A stretch of DNA of 15,888 bases from Promethearchaeota archaeon. Lineage in GTDB: Archaea > Asgardarchaeota > Lokiarchaeia > Sigyniarchaeales > SOKP01. The stretch covers positions 1 through 15,888 of the forward strand of contig JBHLNT010000093.1 of NCBI GenBank assembly GCA_048941265.1. The letters run 5' to 3'. Shown in pieces: positions 5,846 through 13,227 of the stretch; position 1 is the first letter of the stretch; every line of letters starts with the position of its first letter. A program made the position numbers and the translations under genes. The notes below the pieces were generated by a model. The model searched no databases, was not told the DNA's origin, and was given only the letters and a program-made list of their open reading frames with translations.

Positions 5846-8224
5846 TTAATAACAAGTTCTGGCAATAATTTCATCTTGGGCTGTTTTAGAGAGTTCAGTA
5901 AAGAGAACAGTATATCCTGCAATTCTTACAACTAGGCCTCGATATGCATCTGGATTTTTCTGAGCTTCGTATAATGTATCTTTACCAATTACATTAAATT
6001 GTATATGAAATCCCCCATCTGCTTGAAAAAAGGTTCGAATTAGAGAAGGAAAAATTTCTAATTTTAATGTATTTGGATGAAATGCCAAAATTAGTGAATC
6101 TCCATTGGTAATTAATCCATGATCGAGTTTTTTAACTGAATTAAGAATTGCAGTTGGACCATTTTTATCCATACCATTGGTAGGACCAACTCCGTTAGAT
6201 AATTGGACTTTAGATTTTCTTCCATCAGCTGATGCACCAGTAAAAATACCGAATGCTAAATGAAATGCTGTTGATAAGATTCCTGGATTAAATTTCCCGC
6301 CTCTATAATTTTCATGTTTTAAGATTTCATCGCAATAAAAGTTTACAACATCAACAGCAATTTGATCAACATAATCATTATCATTTCCATATTTTGGAAC
6401 TTTATTTATGAAAATTTCTCTCCATTCGCTACCTTTTCTCCCTCGATACGAGCCCCTATAATTTTTCATAAGCATTTCGACCAATTCTTCTAATGAAAGG
6501 AGCTTATCTTCAAATACAATCTTTTTTATTACAGCGAGACTATCTGCCACTGTTGCTAAACCTATTAATTGAGCGCCTGTAAAATTATAAAGAGCTCCTC
6601 CCTGAGTTACATCAAGTCCCCTCTCTAAACAATTTTCTGTAGTTGCAGACAAGAATGGTTGAGGATTTAGTTCAGCAATAGCGGCATCCAGAACATCCAT
6701 AGTCAAAACCATATTTTCAATAAAATATCTTGTTTGATCTTTAAATGCATCCCAAAGATCTTCATATGAAGTAATTTTTTTATTGCTTTTAACTCCATAA
6801 TCTACCCTTGTTACCATATCAATTCCGTTCGTTAATGCTAACTCTAAACATTTTACAATATTGATTTGATTTGCATTAGTTGACCCAAAAGATTTATATG
6901 GATGTTGGGGTTCAACACACCCAATTGGTGCATATTCTCGAGCATCTTCAAGGGTAAATCCAATTTTTACCATACTTTTAACCATTATATCATCGTTGAA
7001 TAAAGCAACACTGGCTCCTGATTTTATGGATTCACCAACTTTATATAAAAAATCATCGGGAGTCATACTATGAATTCGAATAGAAAAAGTCGGTTGGACT
7101 GTCTTCAAGTGAGTATAAGCATCTAACATAATATATGATAATTCATTTGTTGCATCTTTTCCATTGCGATCAACACCACCTATTGTTAAATTTTCCGTAA
7201 TAGGAGGTCCCTCAGCAGCAACAATTCCTTTACTAAGAACATAATTCCATAATGTCGTGAGTTTAATATAAAAACATTCAACAAGGAATTGAGCTTCCTC
7301 TTCTGAAATTTTTCCCTCATTTCTATCTTTTAAGAAATATGGATATAAAACTTGATCTAAACGTCCAACGCTTACAGCAAAACCGCCATCTTCTAAACCA
7401 CATATTAATTGATTAAAATAAACCAGCTGTAATGCTTCTTTAAATGATTTTGGTGGGTTTTCAGAAATGTTGCCGCAAATTTCAGCAATTTCATGAAGCT
7501 CTAATTGACGTTTAGAATTTACTTCGATTTCTGCTTTATCCTTAGCTAATTGTGCAAATCTTTGGATAAATTTCTTTACCGCATTACAAATAATAATAAC
7601 AGATTGTAAAAATGTACTTTTTGAAATGTCATCAGAAAATTCAATAATCTTCCTTTCTGCTTTTTTTATTAACCCATTTATTCCATATTTTAAAAGAGGT
7701 TCATGACCCGGAAGAAAATGGCCAATACCATTAGTTAATTCTGTATCAACAAGAAATACTACTTTTTCCATAAGATCCCTTAAATCCGATCCTAATTTTT
7801 TCTGAAATCTCTCTTGAACCGTATCTTCTTCAAGTTTCCAGTAGGGAATAAGGTCTTCTGCAATATATGTTTTATCCTCGTTAGACAAAAAAAGTCGTTG
7901 AACTAAGCGACTATCATAAGTGTTATAATCTTGTTCGATTGTATCAATACGAACTTCAGGATATAAAGGCGTCCCGACCAACTTCGTGGTACGATTGCCA
8001 ATAATAAATTCGTCATCCCAAATTTTAATTGTCATATTTGTTAGCAAATATTCCATCGCTTTAGCAAATCGGATAATTGGAGGGTCTCCTTTTGATGCTT
8101 TATAGGATTCCATAAATAACTTTGCTCTTTCGATGCATATTTCATGTGATTGATTGACCACTCTTTCTTTCATCTTTGAAGTGCGTTCTTTATAGTTTGA
8201 ATATGAGATGCGTTCTAATTGCAT
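5846..8224 (-). CDS. Glycyl radical enzyme (PFL2/PflD/dehydratase-like superfamily), substrate unknown
   Basis: Cys loop IGCVEP (GCVEP at 6908-6922), Gly loop VRIAGY (RIAGY at 5912-5926), plus ICIERA, GRLDQVLYPY, NLTIGG, PKYGND, ASADGR, GPTAILNS and HIQFNV. It has a single-Cys loop, so it is not a canonical CC-type PFL. Confidence 0.93.
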   Translation of the reverse strand: MQLERISYSNYKERTSKMKERVVNQSHEICIERAKLFMESYKASKGDPPIIRFAKAMEYLLTNMTIKIWDDEFIIGNRTTKLVGTPLYPEVRIDTIEQDYNTYDSRLVQRLFLSNEDKTYIAEDLIPYWKLEEDTVQERFQKKLGSDLRDLMEKVVFLVDTELTNGIGHFLPGHEPLLKYGINGLIKKAERKIIEFSDDISKSTFLQSVIIICNAVKKFIQRFAQLAKDKAEIEVNSKRQLELHEIAEICGNISENPPKSFKEALQLVYFNQLICGLEDGGFAVSVGRLDQVLYPYFLKDRNEGKISEEEAQFLVECFYIKLTTLWNYVLSKGIVAAEGPPITENLTIGGVDRNGKDATNELSYIMLDAYTHLKTVQPTFSIRIHSMTPDDFLYKVGESIKSGASVALFNDDIMVKSMVKIGFTLEDAREYAPIGCVEPQHPYKSFGSTNANQINIVKCLELALTNGIDMVTRVDYGVKSNKKITSYEDLWDAFKDQTRYFIENMVLTMDVLDAAIAELNPQPFLSATTENCLERGLDVTQGGALYNFTGAQLIGLATVADSLAVIKKIVFEDKLLSLEELVEMLMKNYRGSYRGRKGSEWREIFINKVPKYGNDNDYVDQIAVDVVNFYCDEILKHENYRGGKFNPGILSTAFHLAFGIFTGASADGRKSKVQLSNGVGPTNGMDKNGPTAILNSVKKLDHGLITNGDSLILAFHPNTLKLEIFPSLIRTFFQADGGFHIQFNVIGKDTLYEAQKNPDAYRGLVVRIAGYTVLFTELSKTAQDEIIARTCY

Positions 8225-8395
8225 ATAAATCCCTATTAAAAATTTAATTTCTATAGAATTATAATCTGGAAATTTAAATAAAAATTTTCCATCAAAATTT
8301 ATATAAAAACTTCTTAATTTTTTTATTATTTAAATCAAACTTTATTGAGTTTATAAAATCACTGGTTATATTGACCTAAATTCTTTTGATATGAA

Positions 8396-9238
8396 TTAAT
8401 TCAATACCAAAACTTCTTTAATAGTACCTCTTTTAGTCGAATCGCTATTTATTGCTCTCTTAGCATTTAACAAAACAACTTTATAATCCTTATATAAATC
8501 TAAGATAAAATTTGAGTATGAATTACTCAACAAAATCTTACATCCATGCTCATCAAGAATTTTAAACGTATTATACAGCTTTATTTGGTCATCCTTCCCA
8601 AAATTATCTTTAGTATAGCTGGTAAAATTAGCAGAGTCAGAGATAGGAACATAAGGAGGATCAAAATAAATAAAATCATCTTTCTCCGCAAAATTTAAGC
8701 ATAATTCAAATGTACCTTCTAATATATTAACATTTTTCAAAACACTGCTGATTGCTTCGAGATTTTCTTCATCACAAAATCTAGGATTTTTATATCTGCC
8801 AAATGGCACATTAAATTGCCCTTTACTATTTACTCTATATAAACCATTATAGCAACATCTATTTAAATAAATAGTTCTAGAAGCTTTTTCAACATCAGAT
8901 AATTTGTTATATGATTTGGGAGTTCTATCTAATGCTCGAATTTGATAATAGTAATTTTTTTCATTTTTATGATTTTTTAGTAATTGTATCAATTCTTTTA
9001 CATTATTTTTTATAACTTTATAACAATTTACTAATTCACTATTAATATCAATTAAAATTGCTTTTTCAGGCAATATATAGAAAAATAAAGCTCCTCCTCC
9101 TACAAAAGGTTCGATATACATGTTATAATTCTTAGGTAAATACTTTATCATCTGTGAAATTAATTGCCTCTTCCCTCCAGCCCATTTTACAAAAGGATGG
9201 GGTCTGAGATGCTGGGAATTGAAGCTCTTTTCAGCCAT
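8396..9238 (-). CDS. dam: DNA adenine methyltransferase, Dam/DpnM (D12) family, probably GATC-specific
   Basis: Motifs: FVKWAGGKRQL, YIEPFVGGGA (SAM binding), DIN, YNGLYRVNSKGQFNVPFGRY (target recognition), YFDPPY (catalytic) and LSNS. Confidence 0.93.
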   Translation of the reverse strand: MAEKSFNSQHLRPHPFVKWAGGKRQLISQMIKYLPKNYNMYIEPFVGGGALFFYILPEKAILIDINSELVNCYKVIKNNVKELIQLLKNHKNEKNYYYQIRALDRTPKSYNKLSDVEKASRTIYLNRCCYNGLYRVNSKGQFNVPFGRYKNPRFCDEENLEAISSVLKNVNILEGTFELCLNFAEKDDFIYFDPPYVPISDSANFTSYTKDNFGKDDQIKLYNTFKILDEHGCKILLSNSYSNFILDLYKDYKVVLLNAKRAINSDSTKRGTIKEVLVLN

Positions 9239-9472
9239 ATGAAAAAAATTCCTTATAAAATCAATTTATTTAACTATAATATTATTCTTCCTTAAAATAT
9301 AATTTTGGTTACAACTTGCTATTTTTAAAAGAAATCAAATTCTCAGAAGCGAGTTTTTATTTTTGTCTAAAAAAAGTTAGAGCTTTTTAATAAAAAAAGG
9401 TGATAAAAGTTGTATTTTATATCATATCCTTTAAAATTTAAGTTTAAAAGAATTTAAGTAATATTTAATTCT

Positions 9473-9484
9473 AAAACTTAAAGT
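9473..9484 (+). promoter_or_regulatory. Possible BRE/TATA element for a leaderless moxR transcript
   Basis: AAAACTTAAAGT lies about 25-36 nt upstream of ATG 9509, and there is no SD before that ATG. The region is very AT-rich, so support is weak. Confidence 0.3.
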
Positions 9485-9508
9485 AAATATTAAATTCACT
9501 TAAGAAAA

Positions 9509-10471
9509 ATGGAAGATATCACGAGTAAAAGCTCTAGCGACCAAAAATTTAGAGAATTATTTAATAAACAATTGATTAAAGACGCTACGGAAGAAGAAAT
9601 TAAAATTGTTTTATCAGGACAATATGGCAAAGCTCTAGAATTATTGAGAGATGCTGAGGCAACAGGCTTATTTCCTGCTCTTGTAGGTCCACCAGGAGTT
9701 GGAAAGACAATTCTTTGCCGTTATTTTGCCAGTTTAAGAGCAAAAGAGAATAAAAATGCGAGTTTTTATTGGTTAACTATGGATGAATCAATTAGACCGG
9801 CAAATTTCATGGGTTCGTTTGACCCTGCTCTTACATTAAAGTATGGGTTCATATTGGAAGCATTTAGCCCTGGTCCATTGCTGAGAGCAATGTTAGAGGG
9901 TGGTACATTTTTAGCTAACGAGATTAATAGGGCAACAGAATATTCTCAAAACACATTATTAGAACCTTTAGAGGAGGCATCCATTGGTATACCCCATCTT
10001 GGAAGGATAAAAGCAGATCAAGAATTCTTTTTTATTTGTGCAATGAATCCGGAGGAATTATCGGGTACACACCGCTTATCTGAAGCATTAAAAGATAGAA
10101 TCAAGGTATGGATTAAATTAACATATCCTGAAAAATCAACTGAGTTGGATATAATCCGTATTAATCTACCGGAGCATTTCATGGTTGAAGAATCTGAACT
10201 TGAACTAATATATTCAATTATTAATGAAACAAGAAAAAATAAAATTGATATAGAAGTACCAGCATCAATTAGAGCTGGTATAGCAATTGCTAAACTTTTA
10301 GGTAGGAAAAGGTTTCTTGAAGAAAAGGGAGATATTAAGGACAAAAAAACCGTATATGAGTACTTATCTGATATATCTAAACATGTTTTATTAGGTAGTA
10401 TAAAACCTAAACCTGGTGTCAAAGTCGAGCACATTATCGACAATATTATCAATAAAACTTTAGGAGGATAG
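9509..10471 (+). CDS. MoxR-family AAA+ ATPase
   Basis: Walker A GPPGVGKT, the F.PGPL motif, Walker B variant FLANEINRA, QNTLLEPLEE, sensor I AMNP, LSEALKDR (arginine finger) and lid motif ASIR. It is followed directly by a VWA gene. Confidence 0.92.
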   Translation: MEDITSKSSSDQKFRELFNKQLIKDATEEEIKIVLSGQYGKALELLRDAEATGLFPALVGPPGVGKTILCRYFASLRAKENKNASFYWLTMDESIRPANFMGSFDPALTLKYGFILEAFSPGPLLRAMLEGGTFLANEINRATEYSQNTLLEPLEEASIGIPHLGRIKADQEFFFICAMNPEELSGTHRLSEALKDRIKVWIKLTYPEKSTELDIIRINLPEHFMVEESELELIYSIINETRKNKIDIEVPASIRAGIAIAKLLGRKRFLEEKGDIKDKKTVYEYLSDISKHVLLGSIKPKPGVKVEHIIDNIINKTLGG

Positions 10472-10495
10472 TCTTTTCGGAGGAAATATCTTATC

Positions 10496-12991
10496 ATGGG
10501 GGTATTCCCAGAAAATCCGTGTGAATATAGTGTAGAATTTATAAGAAGGATGAGAAATCATCCAGATATTGTTCAAATTCCCTCATCGCGGCAAGTTATG
10601 TCAATTCCCCGCTTAATAGTAGCTCGATACTATCGGAAGGGGGCAATAACTCCAAATGATTTCATAGAAGTTAGCACTGTAACATCTTATCCTGGAAATC
10701 AAGACATTGCCAAAAAAATAGCCTTTGAAATATTATTTCCTAATTACAAAAAAGATTTAGTTAAATCATTCTTTCAAGAAGATTTTAATACCGATAATAT
10801 TTTAGATGATGACTTTTTAACCCCCGAAGAAAAATCTTCCTTAGACGAATTTCAAGAATTAATAGATGAAATTGAAATGTCTAAATCCATAGATACGGAT
10901 TTTCTTCAGAAAATTGAGCAATTTATGGAAGAATTGAATCAAAAAAGGGAAGAAGAACCATTTAATTCAGCTTTAAATTTTTTTTCTGATGATGCGGAAT
11001 TATATAAAGAAAAAATATCATCTTTAGAGGAGTTACTTAACGAGGCTAAAAAGAGATTAGAACAAAAAATTAATTCTTTAGATCCTGATGACTTAAAAGC
11101 TGCTGAATCATTGAATTTAAACGATTTAATTCAAGAACAATCGAAGCGGGCATGGGAACAAATTACTAGTAAGGCGCTTAATAATCAAGACATTACACAG
11201 GATTTAAAAGAATTAATGAACTCAAATAATTTTGAAGATTTAATCCAAACATTAAAATATTTAAATGACACCAATGCAATTTCTAAAGATCAAATGCAGC
11301 AAATGAAAGATGAGCTACAAAATCAAATAAGTAACCTTGATCAATTATTTCAAGCTGCAAAAAATTTAGGAGAAACACCAAAATTCGATCCAGAAAAAGT
11401 ATTAAAACAATCCCTAGAACAATCTTCATTTGATCATAATTTTAATCTTTCAAATTCATTAGATCAATATTTTGGCACCAATTTAAGAGCTCAACTACTC
11501 GATAAATATGATCAACTCTCTCAAAATTCTCCTATGAATCTTTCACTCGAAAATTTGACTAAAAACGCGCTTGCTAATAAATCATGGAATAACTTAATAA
11601 ATAAGGCACTTGAAAACGCGATTAAAGACGCGATGAGCAAAAAAAGAAAATTTGAAGAATTTAAATCTTTAGCTCATCAATTACAGCAATTGGCAAATTC
11701 TTGTGCCAATATGCATTGCAGCCAAAAATTAGAACAAAATCTTCCCGATATAATTAAAAAATCCTTAGAATCATGTGAAAATGCAAATGAATTGAAAAAT
11801 ACTGTGGAATTTTTAAGAAACATTGGTTTAAATCCAGATAAAGAAGATATAAATCAAGTAGGAAAAAACATAGGAATGAGTGATGAAGAAATCTTTGAAT
11901 TAATAGAACCAGATTATCAATTATTAAAAAAATTGATAGATAAAAATCTCGGTGATTTTGAACGACTTAATAATTTAATGAATCAAATAAAGGACCAAAT
12001 CAATAAAGATCGAATGAAAGAATTGATCTCTAGCGCTTTGGCTTCTGAAAATCGGGACGCTTTAGGAGCTCTTGGTCATTTTAATTTGGAAGATGCCCTA
12101 AAAAGTGCTCAATTCATCGGAGGAGAAGAGGGCCAAAATAAATTAATACAATGCCTTGGGGCCGGTAGTGGTGAAAATTTACTGAAACAGTGGTTTACGC
12201 ACAGAAATAATTTATCTCCTACTGCAAAGGAAAAAGTGAAAGAACTTGCTAAAAAAATGCTTATTGACTTAGGGATTTATTATTCGCGAGCCCGGCTTGG
12301 AACAACAATTTCAGGACCAATCCCCATAAATGTTGTGCGACCATTTGCAATAGGGGATGATTTTGAAAATGTTGACCTCGAAGAGACAATAAATAACATT
12401 TTAGAAAAAGGAAAGAAAGTAGATCATATAAATTATGATGATTTTTTTGTATTTGAAACAGCTAAGGGACAGAGAAGTGCATGCTTTGAGCTCGACATTT
12501 CAGGAAGCATGACGGGAGATAAATTAGCATCAATGGCAATTTCTACAACAATGTTAGCGTATGGTTTACAGAAAGATGAACTTGGAATAACCTTCTTTGA
12601 ATCGGATACTCATGTATTAAAAGAATTAGGTGATGATAAAGATTTAGAAGAATTAGCTGATGAACTCTTGTCTGTGACTGCCAGAGGAGGTACGAGAGTT
12701 CAAAAAGCGCTCGAATGGGCAAGACGTCAGTTTAAAGAAAAATCAAGTGCTCGTGAAAAATTAAATGTACTTTTTACTGATGCTGAAATTTACGATCTCA
12801 AACAAGCAATGGAAGAATTAAGAATTTTTCGTTCCATGGGAGTTGATTTTGTTTTAGTTGTGCCGGAAACATCTTTTAATATTGAAGATGCAAAAAAAAT
12901 TGTAAAAATTGTCGGAGGACAGCTTCTCACTTTAAAAAACTGGGAAGAATTCCCTGATTTAATTTCTGAAATAATTAATTCAAAGTTTTAA
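10496..12991 (+). CDS. Large VWA-domain protein (MoxR partner): N-terminal AAA-lid-like domain, long helical middle, C-terminal VWA
   Basis: MIDAS motif DISGS (12494-12508), later GGT and LFTDAE, and a pre-VWA motif VRPFAIGDDFENVDLEET typical of MoxR-associated VWA proteins. It is 24 nt downstream of the ATPase, with GGAGG at 10479-10483. Confidence 0.9.
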   Translation: MGVFPENPCEYSVEFIRRMRNHPDIVQIPSSRQVMSIPRLIVARYYRKGAITPNDFIEVSTVTSYPGNQDIAKKIAFEILFPNYKKDLVKSFFQEDFNTDNILDDDFLTPEEKSSLDEFQELIDEIEMSKSIDTDFLQKIEQFMEELNQKREEEPFNSALNFFSDDAELYKEKISSLEELLNEAKKRLEQKINSLDPDDLKAAESLNLNDLIQEQSKRAWEQITSKALNNQDITQDLKELMNSNNFEDLIQTLKYLNDTNAISKDQMQQMKDELQNQISNLDQLFQAAKNLGETPKFDPEKVLKQSLEQSSFDHNFNLSNSLDQYFGTNLRAQLLDKYDQLSQNSPMNLSLENLTKNALANKSWNNLINKALENAIKDAMSKKRKFEEFKSLAHQLQQLANSCANMHCSQKLEQNLPDIIKKSLESCENANELKNTVEFLRNIGLNPDKEDINQVGKNIGMSDEEIFELIEPDYQLLKKLIDKNLGDFERLNNLMNQIKDQINKDRMKELISSALASENRDALGALGHFNLEDALKSAQFIGGEEGQNKLIQCLGAGSGENLLKQWFTHRNNLSPTAKEKVKELAKKMLIDLGIYYSRARLGTTISGPIPINVVRPFAIGDDFENVDLEETINNILEKGKKVDHINYDDFFVFETAKGQRSACFELDISGSMTGDKLASMAISTTMLAYGLQKDELGITFFESDTHVLKELGDDKDLEELADELLSVTARGGTRVQKALEWARRQFKEKSSAREKLNVLFTDAEIYDLKQAMEELRIFRSMGVDFVLVVPETSFNIEDAKKIVKIVGGQLLTLKNWEEFPDLISEIINSKF

Positions 12992-13227
12992 TTTTTTGGA
13001 TATAAAAGAGTGGAATAAATTGGTACTCTAAATATTTCATATTCATTATTATTATATTGAAGGTGTTTGTATCTTTTCATTAATTATATGTGCCAATAAT
13101 CCTTGGACTTATTGATCTTCAACAAAAAATTTATTTTTTTAAAAATTTTCTTAAATAACAGTATAAAACTCTGAATAATTTTTTAAACAAATTTCAAATT
13201 AAATTAATTCGAGATTTTAAAGATAAT

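Noticed and set aside
5846-8224. Calling the GRE pyruvate formate-lyase (pflB) or choline TMA-lyase (cutC)
   Set aside because: It lacks the Cys-Cys pair of PFL. GCVEP is shared by several GRE classes, and the flanking CutC-type residues are absent.
9239-9508. Imperfect inverted repeats in the dam/moxR divergent spacer (e.g. TTTAAGTTT...AAACTTAAA) as an ncRNA or MITE
   Set aside because: Almost purely A/T pairing that is expected by chance at this composition; no target-site duplication or GC-supported stem.
10018-10497. Minus-strand 159-aa ORF
   Set aside because: Antisense to the MoxR ATPase; an S/I/L-rich shadow translation with no motif.
12988-13080. 30-codon minus-strand ORF (MKRYKHLQYNNNEYEIFRVPIYSTLLYPKN) and weak hairpins in the VWA-SWIM spacer
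   Set aside because: No SD or recognisable motif, and short enough to be chance. The hairpins are short, and I could not support a C/D-box, SECIS or riboswitch consensus.
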